Shown: positions 8,661 to 17,104, counted from the first letter of the stretch. The stretch: DNA of 28,251 bases from Cyanobacteria bacterium J06626_4 (GCA_038523235.1 JBCBJQ010000073.1:1-28251), one strand, 5' to 3'. Notes: generated by a model from the letters alone, not told the origin. Program-made: numbers and translations.

Positions 8661-11621
8661 CTATTCATAGGCTGCCAATCCCGAAATCTCCCGCCCCTCA
8701 GCAAGCTTATGCAACAGCGGAATTAGATCCTCCATCAGCGCCAGTTCTTTCTTCGTGCGAGCCTTCCAACCCAGCTCTAACGGAGTCAGCAGATCACTCA
8801 ACTGCTCCCCATCAAAAATCATCCGCCGCAAAATGCCATCGACAAATGCCTGTAGCGCATCCGGTTCCAGCTCGTGCTTTGTCGCAATCGCCGCCAGTTC
8901 GCGACTGCTCCGTTCCGCCTTAAACGCTTCGTATCCTTCGCGGATGGCCTTCTCGTCTAAGCCCTGGCCCACTTCTAGCGTGTCGATATAGGCGGCAATG
9001 TCATCGCGATCGTCCATAAACTTTGCATCCGACTGGATTAGCCCAATCAGCTGATCGCGGCTCATCGTCTGCTTGCTCGGTTTTTCTTGGGTATAGCGAG
9101 CCAGCAGCTCCATGATGTAGTCGTAATCAATCACCGCCGAGGCAAACAGCACAAATTCAAAATCGAGCTGTTCTACTTCGGGGCTGCTGTCGCTGTCTTT
9201 GTCCTGCTGGGTCTTCAGGCGCTGAGCCGTTTCTAGATAGACCCCTCGGAATGCCTGTAGCTGGTCTGGCGTAATCACCTGGTCAACGACGGTGGCATTT
9301 TCTGGCGTGAGGTCGGTGTATTGGTCGAGCTGGGTCTTAAACCGCTGCACCTCCTTAAACAAGTTGACGAACTGACTCCGGGCCGCGTCCCCTTTCAGGT
9401 TGGGCACCTCTTCCGGCGCACAGGTCAGACCCTGGGATTGCATAAACTCATCTAGCTGCGTGACCGCTTCTTCCAGCTTGTCGATGACGGCTGGGGCCGG
9501 GTCAACCAGCCAGATTTCTTTTGCCTGCTCCTTGTGCTCGCCTGAGAAGAGGGCGATCGCTTGATCGACCGACTGCTGCTGCTGGCGAAAGTCGAGGATG
9601 CTGCCGTAGGGTTTAGTGTCGTTCAGCACTCGATTGGTGCGCGAAAACGCCTGAATTAGGCCGTGATACTTAAGGTTTTTATCGACATAGAGCGTATTCA
9701 AAAACTTAGAATCAAAGCCCGTGAGTAGCATATCCACCACGATTACTAAATCGACCTTCTGGGCGTGGGGCAAATCCTGATTGGGGTATTGCTGGTCTTT
9801 GATGCGCTTCTGCACATCCTGGTAGTAGAGGTCGAAATTGTTGATGTCGTGATTCGTGCCGTAGTGATCGTTGTAGTCGGCAATGATGGCCTTCAACGCT
9901 TCCTTCTTTTCGTTTGGGGCTTCCTGGTTATCAGCCTTTTCCTGGGGTAGGTCTTCCTGAATCTGCTGCACGTCCTTGTTGCCTTCGGCGGGCGGCGAAA
10001 ACACGCAGGCAACATTCAGCGGTTGGCAGCGGGTATCTTCGCTTTGTCTTTGGGCCTGAATTTCCTTAAACAGGCGATGGTACTCAATCGCATCATTAAT
10101 CGAGCTGGTTGCCAGAATCGCGTTAAATTTGCGCCCCGCAGTGGCGGCATCGTGCTTGGCAAGAATTGCCTCAATGGTGGCTCGCTTGGCCAGGGCTTCC
10201 CCTGGCTGGGGCGTCTGACTGCCTTCAGGCTTGTAATAGTCGATGTGGAAACGCAAGACATTGCGGTCTTCGATCGCGTCGGTGATAGTGTAAGCGTGCA
10301 GTTGCTGCTGAAAAATGTCTTCTGTGGTTTTGTATGAGGCTTGCTGACCTTCAATCTGCTGGTAGCTAGCGTTTTGCTCAAAAATTGGCGTGCCGGTAAA
10401 GCCAAATAGCTGAGCATGAGGAAAAAATTCTTTAATCGCCCGGTGGTTCTCACCAAATTGTGATCGATGGCATTCGTCGAAAATCAAGACGATGCGCTTT
10501 TGCCTGAGCGGTTCCAATCGTTTCTTGTAGTTGCGTTTGTGGGTGCCATCCAGCGCTAGCCCTAACTTTTGAATAGTGGTGACGATCACCTTGTCGGCGT
10601 AGTCGTCAGAGAGCAGCCGCTGCACTAAGGTTTCGGTGTTGGTGTTTTCTTCGACGCAGCCCTCCTGAAACCGGTTGAACTCCTCCCTCGTCTGGCGATC
10701 GAGATCCTTGCGATCCACTACGAACAGACATTTTTCAATATCTGGGTTGTCCTTAAGCAGTATCGATGCCTTGAAAGACGTCAGCGTCTTACCGCTACCG
10801 GTGGTGTGCCAAATGTAGCCGTTGCCGCAGTTTTGGTGAATGCAATCGACAATGGCCTTGACTGCATAAATCTGATAAGGGCGCATCATCATCAGCTTTT
10901 GCTCACTGGCCACCAGCACCATGTAGCGGCTGATCATTTGCCCCAGCGTACATTTAGCCAGAAACGTCTCGGCAAAGCTGTCCAGATGAGTAATTTTTTT
11001 GTTATCCACTCCAGCAAACTGATAGAGCGGTAGGAACCGTTCATCGGCGTTAAAGCTGAAGTGACGGCTATTGTTATTGGCAAAGTACCAGGTATCGCTG
11101 CGATTGCTAACGATAAACAGTTGTAGGAAGCATAGTAGGGTCTTGGTGTAGCCGTTGCCAGGATCATTTTTATAGTCAACAATCTGCTGCATGGCACGGC
11201 GCGGGCTAATCGTCAGGCTTTTTAGCTCAATCTGTACCGCTGGAATGCCGTTGATCAGCAGGAGCACATCGTAGCGGTGGTGGCTGCTATCGGTATTGAT
11301 GCGGAGCTGGTTGACCACCTCAAAGATGTTTTTGCACCAGTGTTTGATATTGACCAGCGTGTAGAACAGAGGCGTGCCGTCTTCCCGCTCAAAGCTGTTG
11401 AGATCGCGCAGGTGCCGGGCTGCGGCAAAGACATCGGGGGTCACGATCTGATCTAGCAGTCGAGAAAATTCGCCGTCTGTAAGATGGACTCGGTTGAGCG
11501 CCTCGAACTTTTCGCGAAAGTTTTGCTCTAGCGTGGCGCGATCTCGAATGTCTGGACGATAGCTGTATTTGAGATCGCTCAGTTTCTCAATCAGGGCTTG
11601 TTCGATGGCTTGTTCAGTCAT
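8661..11621 (-). CDS. hsdR: Type I RM restriction subunit R
   Basis: Nuclease motifs RYDVLLLINGIP/QIELK; SF2 motifs HTTGSGKT, DECHRS, FTGTP, LLTGFD, QAFSRTNR. ATG at 11621 is preferred over TTG at 11627. Confidence 0.97.
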   Translation of the reverse strand: MTEQAIEQALIEKLSDLKYSYRPDIRDRATLEQNFREKFEALNRVHLTDGEFSRLLDQIVTPDVFAAARHLRDLNSFEREDGTPLFYTLVNIKHWCKNIFEVVNQLRINTDSSHHRYDVLLLINGIPAVQIELKSLTISPRRAMQQIVDYKNDPGNGYTKTLLCFLQLFIVSNRSDTWYFANNNSRHFSFNADERFLPLYQFAGVDNKKITHLDSFAETFLAKCTLGQMISRYMVLVASEQKLMMMRPYQIYAVKAIVDCIHQNCGNGYIWHTTGSGKTLTSFKASILLKDNPDIEKCLFVVDRKDLDRQTREEFNRFQEGCVEENTNTETLVQRLLSDDYADKVIVTTIQKLGLALDGTHKRNYKKRLEPLRQKRIVLIFDECHRSQFGENHRAIKEFFPHAQLFGFTGTPIFEQNASYQQIEGQQASYKTTEDIFQQQLHAYTITDAIEDRNVLRFHIDYYKPEGSQTPQPGEALAKRATIEAILAKHDAATAGRKFNAILATSSINDAIEYHRLFKEIQAQRQSEDTRCQPLNVACVFSPPAEGNKDVQQIQEDLPQEKADNQEAPNEKKEALKAIIADYNDHYGTNHDINNFDLYYQDVQKRIKDQQYPNQDLPHAQKVDLVIVVDMLLTGFDSKFLNTLYVDKNLKYHGLIQAFSRTNRVLNDTKPYGSILDFRQQQQSVDQAIALFSGEHKEQAKEIWLVDPAPAVIDKLEEAVTQLDEFMQSQGLTCAPEEVPNLKGDAARSQFVNLFKEVQRFKTQLDQYTDLTPENATVVDQVITPDQLQAFRGVYLETAQRLKTQQDKDSDSSPEVEQLDFEFVLFASAVIDYDYIMELLARYTQEKPSKQTMSRDQLIGLIQSDAKFMDDRDDIAAYIDTLEVGQGLDEKAIREGYEAFKAERSSRELAAIATKHELEPDALQAFVDGILRRMIFDGEQLSDLLTPLELGWKARTKKELALMEDLIPLLHKLAEGREISGLAAYE

Positions 11622-11882
11622 AGTCAAGCTTGGCGGTTACAAATAAGCAGTCTTTTGGCCGTTAGGTCCTCGGGCAAAGACCTAGTATATTAGGTGCTTC
11701 GGATGAACATGCGTTACATCTCAAAAGCGACGACTTCACTGACCTAGTGAGTTTATAGTAATTATTCTGCGAGTTCCTCTTATCGTTGAAAGAGCAATTT
11801 GAGCTGGAGAGACACCTCTACCGACTGTGTCTCAATCTCAACAAGTGGTAACACCGCAAGAGACCTTGAACTGAATATGTAG

Positions 11883-12248
11883 CTACTCTTCATCTTCTGT
11901 CTTTGGCCAAGTACCTTCTGAATCTGAAACGCTGATAGTATCGATACCACCGCTATTCTCAAGGCTCAGGTAAGCGTCGATCCGAACGGCGATAGATTCG
12001 CGAGTATCGTAATGATTGTCGTAGACCTCCTGAAAATACTGGACAAACTCCTGAAACTCCTCAAAGCTCCTTACCTCTCCGAAGTATCCCCAAGCTGGCA
12101 TGGCATAAAAGGCTCGGAGTGCTTTGAGAATCATCGTGCGTCGCGTCTTGCGGTCGTGACTGTTGAGGTAACGCACGAGCAAACCGTCAGGGCTATCCGC
12201 CTTGGGACGATAACGAAAATTAAATTCAGCTTTTTCCGATTGACTCAT
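11883..12248 (-). CDS. Hypothetical plasmid protein, possibly DNA-binding, divergent from mobC
   Basis: Open frame from the ATG at 12248 (MSQSEKAEFNFRYRP…); N-terminal strand-helix-helix-like pattern and an acidic tail. Confidence 0.6.
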   Translation of the reverse strand: MSQSEKAEFNFRYRPKADSPDGLLVRYLNSHDRKTRRTMILKALRAFYAMPAWGYFGEVRSFEEFQEFVQYFQEVYDNHYDTRESIAVRIDAYLSLENSGGIDTISVSDSEGTWPKTEDEE

Positions 12249-12327
12249 TAAATTTGATCGCACTTGCTAAAAAGAAAAAATTGAGTATATGTGCCTATTC
12301 CTTTTGATTATTGAAATTACGGCTTAA

Positions 12328-12505
12328 CCGCCACTTTGGCGCCCAAAAAGTGCCATCGATGTCACAAACTACCTTCGATAGTGGCGACTTAGAAATCACT
12401 TTATTTTTAGCAGATTTTTGGCGCTCTGATCGCGAAAAGGCAGTCGCCACTTTTATGGGTCTATCGTGCCATCGATGTCACAGACTACCCTTGATAGTGG
12501 CGGCT
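12328..12505. repeat. Two-copy direct repeat with 116-bp period upstream of mobC
   Basis: GTGCCATCGATGTCACA(A/G)ACTACC(TTC/CTT)GATAGTGGCG(A/G)CT at 12350-12389 and 12466-12505 (36/40 identical); each copy is preceded by CGCCACTTT, which is inverted relative to the AGTGGCG end. Confidence 0.85.
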
Positions 12506-12539
12506 CTATCAGACTTGACTCTATCGATAGGAGGAGTCA

Positions 12540-12678
12540 CCATAAGGTATGTAGGGCAAGGATTTCAGCGGTTGAGAGGAGCGAGCTATAGAAAAAGTTA
12601 CTCTAGTGGAAATAGGCTGAGTTTTCCTTAGGAATGCCGCCCTTTTTTCGCTCGCAAGGGGACAGCCCCTTGACCCCG
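12540..12678. other. Candidate oriT region
   Basis: Directly upstream of mobC-relaxase. Minus-strand AAATCCTTGCCC (12554-12565) resembles the MOBP nic motif ATCCTG|C, and there is a hairpin CAAGGGG-ACAG-CCCCTTG at 12655-12672. Confidence 0.45.
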
Positions 12679-13032
12679 ATGACAGAACCCGCGACTCCCA
12701 AAACTTCTAAACGCCGTAAGCATTACGTCAAGCTCAGCTTCAACGATACTGAGTTTGAACGAGTGACCGCCCTAGCTGAGCAAGCCGGACGCAAACCCGC
12801 GACCTACTGTCGCCTAAAAGCGCTAGAGCAAGACGCGCAACTGACCCATTGGCTACCTGAACTGCGGGAAGTTCATCGTGACTTAGGTCCTATTGGCAAT
12901 AACCTCAACCAGACCGTGCGCCATCTCAATCGCGGTCATCAACTGGAAGAATCGCTGGCGCTACAGTTAGAAGCCGCCCTGCAAGAGACGCGCAACGAAT
13001 TGCGACGAGTACAACAACTGCTACAGCCATGA
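12679..13032 (+). CDS. mobC: MobC relaxosome accessory protein
   Basis: RHH-like N-terminus (VKLSFNDTEFERV…A.Y.R) and the diagnostic L..IGNNLNQ..R..N motif; overlaps the relaxase start (ATGA). Confidence 0.9.
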   Translation: MTEPATPKTSKRRKHYVKLSFNDTEFERVTALAEQAGRKPATYCRLKALEQDAQLTHWLPELREVHRDLGPIGNNLNQTVRHLNRGHQLEESLALQLEAALQETRNELRRVQQLLQP

Positions 13033-14168
13033 TTGGCAAGACCAGTCGCGGCAAAGGCTTTTATGGCACCTACCGCTATCTACTGCGGGAAGGAGATCGC
13101 GATCGCCGCGAGCAAGCCCACATTATTGGCGGCAACATGACGGGCTGGAATGCCAAAGAACTGAGCCGTGAAGTGCGTCCGATTCGCCGCATCAAGCCTC
13201 ATATCAAACAACCTGTGTGGCATGTGTCGTTGAGCTTTCATCCCGAAGAGCAGCTTAACGACGATCAGCTACAGACCATCAGCGATCGCTTCTTAGATGA
13301 CATGGGGGTTGACCGTAGGCGACACCAGCATCTGTATGTGCGTCATGAGGAATGCGAGCACGGGCATGTGCATCTGGTGGTGAACCGCATTGCCGATGAC
13401 GGTCAGGTGTTTGATGTCCACAACGACCACTACCGCACCAAAGCCACGACCCGGAAGCTAGAGCAGGAGCTCGGCCTCAGACCTACTATCGAGCCCGGCA
13501 AGGACCCTGCCTTTCGAGACGTCTTGCAAAGCCACATTGACGCCATTCTGCAACCAGACCTCCCCCTGTCTGAGTTTTGTCAGCAGCTCGACTCGCAAGG
13601 CATCACGACAATATTCACGATTCGACGCGGTAAGCTGAGCGGTCTGAGCTATCACTACCAGGGCAGCGAAGTGCGGGGCTATAAGCTGGGCAAATCGTAT
13701 AGCTTTCCGGGCCTGCAGCGAGAGCACGGCATTGACTATCAGTCGGAACGGGACGACGCGATCGTGCGGCCTGAGTATGTCCGGCGCAAAGGACGCACCC
13801 CACCGGCGTTGTTGCGCAAGCGTCAGTTTGATCCGCAGCAAAAGCAGATAAACGGCATGGCTAATTTCTTTAGCCAGTTTCTAGAGGTGACGGGGCAGAG
13901 TGCCTATCAAGGGCAGCGCTACCGCGTGGAACGGGACCAAGACAGGCTGACGCTGATGCGGGTGAGCGATCGCGATACTCTGCTAAACGTAAGCTGGGAT
14001 GAGGCCAACCAGCGCTGGCAGCCGAATGAGCCCGCCAGATTGAAGCCGGACGATATTAGCCGCATCCGGTCGTTTGCTCAGCACGTGCATCAACAGCAGG
14101 CAGACATCACTCAGCAGCAGCGTGAACGGGTGCGATCGCGATCGCACGAACGAGAATTGGAGCTGTAG
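13029..14168 (+). CDS. Relaxase/mobilization nuclease (MOBP-type, HUH)
   Basis: MIGK…GKGF….RY (catalytic Tyr region), WHVSLSFHPEE, RHEECEHGHVHLVVNRI three-His motif. Confidence 0.92.
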   Translation: MIGKTSRGKGFYGTYRYLLREGDRDRREQAHIIGGNMTGWNAKELSREVRPIRRIKPHIKQPVWHVSLSFHPEEQLNDDQLQTISDRFLDDMGVDRRRHQHLYVRHEECEHGHVHLVVNRIADDGQVFDVHNDHYRTKATTRKLEQELGLRPTIEPGKDPAFRDVLQSHIDAILQPDLPLSEFCQQLDSQGITTIFTIRRGKLSGLSYHYQGSEVRGYKLGKSYSFPGLQREHGIDYQSERDDAIVRPEYVRRKGRTPPALLRKRQFDPQQKQINGMANFFSQFLEVTGQSAYQGQRYRVERDQDRLTLMRVSDRDTLLNVSWDEANQRWQPNEPARLKPDDISRIRSFAQHVHQQQADITQQQRERVRSRSHERELEL

Positions 14169-14267
14169 GCGATCGCGGTTTGCTCTGGCTGACGATAGAC
14201 GTGTATGTGTTCTGTGGACACAGAGCCCATTGCTTGAGGTGCCAAAATGCCTCATCAGAAAAGTGAG

Positions 14268-14352
14268 CGCTCGCCGCTAGGCGTCACCAGGGACCTGTTG
14301 GGGGGAGGGGCGGCAGGTGGAGCGATTCAACTGGGTGTCCCCTGGTGGCCGC
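14268..14352. repeat. Conserved GC-rich hairpin element, copy A
   Basis: CGCTCGCCGCTAGGCGTCACCAGGG…TCCCCTGGTGGCCGC; paralog at 17019-17104. Confidence 0.75.
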
Positions 14353-14600
14353 GAGAGTGTAGCACTGGGGTGGCCGTCAAGCGCTTTCGCGGCATAGACT
14401 CCCTCACTGTGTTCAGTCCGCTATTCCACGACACTTGACTCGGAAACCCAAGGGACTGCTGCGAACGAAGTCAGCGCAACAGCACTGTAACGGCATCTAG
14501 AGCCCTTGCAACAGCATTGCTGTTGAGAATTTGGGGCTAGCTGCAACAAGCTCGCGAGCGCTATCACTGGCAGTGAGCCCACCACCAGAGGACTGCCGCC

Positions 14601-14798
14601 ATGAGAACCGCTACCCAAACGACTAACAATGATACTGCCCGCCGCCGCCGGTTGCGATCGCTGGTCAAAACCCTGGTCACCGAACTGGGCTATCTGGAGC
14701 ACTGCCTCGCCGAGGGGCTGCACGATACCAACGTACACACCGCTGCTGCTGGCATTGATACCGCGATCGACTGCCTGAACGATCACCTGGCTGGATGA
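14601..14798 (+). CDS. Small hypothetical protein (65 aa, helical)
   Basis: AGAGGA SD upstream; amphipathic helical pattern; host-like codon usage. Confidence 0.6.
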   Translation: MRTATQTTNNDTARRRRLRSLVKTLVTELGYLEHCLAEGLHDTNVHTAAAGIDTAIDCLNDHLAG

Positions 14799-14954
14799 GG
14801 ACTATCACATGGGGGCTTCTCCCTGCCTTCCCGGTTGCGGCCTATTCTGCAATCAAGACATCGAGGAGCCCCACCCATGTAACTCTCTTTCCGCTAAGCC
14901 TGAGTCTGCCTCCTTCCCCGATTCCAGATAACGACAGCGCCCTCAATCTCTGAT

Positions 14955-14986
14955 TCCGCTTGCTGCTGGTAAGCGGGGTTTTTATT
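14955..14986 (+). terminator. Probable intrinsic terminator
   Basis: CCGCTTGC…GTAAGCGG stem followed by GGTTTTTTATT. Confidence 0.55.
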
Positions 14987-15170
14987 GCCCTGGCCAGGCT
15001 TCCGTGACTGGCATCACCGCCGCTCAGGTCCGCTTCGCCAAGCGCTCAGACTTCTCAGGAAGCGATTAAGTCAGGCTTATTTTCAGGTCAGGAGCGGCTC
15101 AGGAGTGGGCTCCACTATAGAACTCAAGATGATTAACCGATAAACCACTGACACCCAAGGAGTTCATCTC

Positions 15171-15689
15171 ATGAAACGCATTGCCCTCGCCCTCACTGCT
15201 CTGACCGTTGCTTCTATCGCCATTGCTCCCGCTAGCTACGCCGCTCCTGACTTCGACGAGCTGCGTCGCGAGAACCTCGACAAGGATGCGGTCAACTTCG
15301 ACGAACTACGCCGCGAAAACCTCGACAAGGATGCGGTGACTGAGATCCAAGTCAAGCGCATCAACTTCGATGAACTGCGCCGCGAGAATCTGGACAAAGA
15401 TGCCGTAGACTTTGACGAACTACGTCGTGAGAACCTGGACAAGGACGCCGTAGTTGAAATCTATGCCGCAGTGGATTTCGATGAACTGCGCCGTGAAAAC
15501 CTCGATAAAGACGCCGTCGATTTCGACGAGCTGCGTCGCGAGAATCTGGACAAAGATGCCGTTTACGAAGTCCTAGCTGGTGTTGACTTTGACGAGCTGC
15601 GTCACGAGAACCTCGACAAAGACGCGGTTGATTTTGATGAGCTGCGCCGTGAAAACCTCGACAAGGATGCTGTCAACTTCATCGCCTAG
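15171..15689 (+). CDS. Secreted tandem-repeat protein: signal peptide + 8 x (D/N)FDELRRENLDKDAV
   Basis: AAGGAG SD; Sec-type signal MKRIALALTALTVASIAIAPASYA; eight 15-aa repeats with synonymous codon divergence. Confidence 0.9.
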   Translation: MKRIALALTALTVASIAIAPASYAAPDFDELRRENLDKDAVNFDELRRENLDKDAVTEIQVKRINFDELRRENLDKDAVDFDELRRENLDKDAVVEIYAAVDFDELRRENLDKDAVDFDELRRENLDKDAVYEVLAGVDFDELRHENLDKDAVDFDELRRENLDKDAVNFIA

Positions 15690-15753
15690 CATCCACTTCA
15701 GCCGTACCTGATTTCTCTCTACCTTCGTGGTTCACTGCTCCTCACACTCCCCC

Positions 15754-15785
15754 GCCTCCTCGATAGTCATTGAGGAGGCTTTATT
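15754..15785 (+). terminator. Intrinsic terminator after the repeat-protein gene
   Basis: GCCTCCTCGAT-AGTC-ATTGAGGAGGC stem-loop followed by TTTATT. Confidence 0.7.
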
Positions 15786-15814
15786 GAAGCTTGGTGCCCG
15801 AACTCCCGTGAGAG

Positions 15815-16360
15815 TCAATCATCTTGCACCGAGGGCTCTAATCGCGTGAGCGATTGGAGCCTTTCTTGGTGGGCATCGGTTTGGTGCTCGCGTGGAATGA
15901 ACCGTCCTTCTGCAGGGGCTTGACCCTGGCGCGGCACACTGAAGGGAGCGATCTGCGTGGGTAACAGTGAGAGCTGCAACCCGTCTTGCCAAGCATCATC
16001 AATCGAAAGCTGACCGTAGAACTCCGCCTTCAACCGTCTTTGTTTGGCGCGAAAGCGACTGTCGAACTGCAAATGACAGACCGTACAGAGCGCCTTGAGA
16101 TTACTCGGGTCTTTGTTACTGGGCTGCTGATCGAGATGAGCGACGGTGAGGAGATAGCGGCGGGGCGCGTCCTCAAACTTGGCGGGACGTGGTGACTTTT
16201 CCCGCCGCCACTGCTTCGCTCGTTTGAGAAAATCAGCTAACGGTTCGCTGGGTTGACGACAAGGGCGCTGGCATTGCTGACAGCACCAGTTGGCATCGTG
16301 CTTAATCCGGAGCGCGATGAGGTTCCAATCCTTGGGGTACCGAGCACGAATGATGGGCAT
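15815..16360 (-). CDS. HNH endonuclease family protein
   Basis: YPKDW…CQQC zinc knuckle and LTVAHLDQQPSN….NLKALCTVCH. Confidence 0.85.
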   Translation of the reverse strand: MPIIRARYPKDWNLIALRIKHDANWCCQQCQRPCRQPSEPLADFLKRAKQWRREKSPRPAKFEDAPRRYLLTVAHLDQQPSNKDPSNLKALCTVCHLQFDSRFRAKQRRLKAEFYGQLSIDDAWQDGLQLSLLPTQIAPFSVPRQGQAPAEGRFIPREHQTDAHQERLQSLTRLEPSVQDD

Positions 16361-16432
16361 GGCCTCAACGTCCAGATGTCATCCCTAACGATAGCCAAGC
16401 CGCGCTGAGCTGAAACAGGCCCTCAAATAATA

Positions 16433-16468
16433 ACCCCCCGCTGCCGTGGCACCGAGGGGTCGTTTCTT
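16433..16468. terminator. GC-rich hairpin with T-rich flanks on both strands (possible bidirectional terminator)
   Basis: ACCCCCCG-CTGCC-GT-GGCAC-CGAGGGGT flanked by AATAATA and CGTTTCTT. Confidence 0.4.
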
Positions 16469-16643
16469 ATAGGAAGTAAGACATAACGGATGAATTGAAA
16501 GCGTCCTAAGCGGACACCTTCAGAATGCCTGAGCCGATCTCTGAGCACCAGAGCGAATCCGCCAGATTCACCAAAACTCTGCAAATCTGGCCAATTCATA
16601 AACTCCTTATCAAGGCTGGGTACCGATCGCCCGTTCCACCCGC

Positions 16644-17011
16644 TCCAGACGAATCAACGCCGAGTTGATCAGCCCGGCCTGATGCTTTTGTCAGCAGCTA
16701 GAGACGGCAGGCGTGACCGTGCAGTTCGGCATCCGGCGTGGCAAGCTGAGCAAGTTGGACTACCTGTATCAGGGGAAAAGGCGAGTGGTGCTCAGCTTGG
16801 CGACGAGTTTACCTTCAAAGGATTGCAGCAGCAACTGGGCATCAATTATCAGCCGCAGCGGGATGATGCCGTCGTGAAAGCGCAGTACACGAAGTCGGGC
16901 AGAGAGCCAGCGGCAGTCGAGCAGGAAGCAATCTCACCTGTAGTTCAGCCATCCAAGCCAGACTTACCCGAACCCCAACGCCGACAGCGCGGCTGGGAGT
17001 TAGAGCTGTGA
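16644..17011 (+). pseudogene. Frameshifted C-terminal remnant of a second relaxase
   Basis: From 16686 it reads FCQQLETAGVTVQFGIRRGKLSKLDYLYQG (intact relaxase: FCQQLDSQGITTIFTIRRGKLSGLSYHYQG). The frame shifts near 16770-16780, continues as LGDEFTFKGLQQQLGINYQPQRDDAVV and ends ELEL* like the intact gene; the catalytic N-terminus is missing. Confidence 0.88.
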
Positions 17012-17018
17012 AGAAAGA

Positions 17019-17104
17019 CGCTCGCCGCTGGGCATCACCGGGGGATGTCTCTGAGGAAAAGAGAAAGGCGGGTGGCTCGGTGGGGGACATCCCCCGGTGG
17101 CCGC
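17019..17104. repeat. Conserved GC-rich hairpin element, copy B
   Basis: CGCTCGCCGCTGGGCAT-CACCGGGGGATGTC…GACATCCCCCGGTG-GCCGC with a perfect 14-bp stem. Confidence 0.75.

Noticed and set aside
12350..12505. Two 40-bp repeats as a mini-CRISPR
   Set aside because: The 76-bp gap is too long, it shares the CGCCACTTT motif with the sequence preceding the first copy, and no cas gene is present
12311..12631. 106-aa ORF in the track
   Set aside because: TTG start, overlies the repeat/oriT region, no protein-like features
15249..15675. 45-bp periodic DNA repeats as a CRISPR array
   Set aside because: The repeats vary at third codon positions, stay in frame within a signal-peptide ORF, lack unique spacers of uniform length, and there are no cas genes
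16682..17011. 109-aa ORF as an intact gene
   Set aside because: Its first ~30 codons are out of frame with the relaxase homology; it is part of a frameshifted pseudogene
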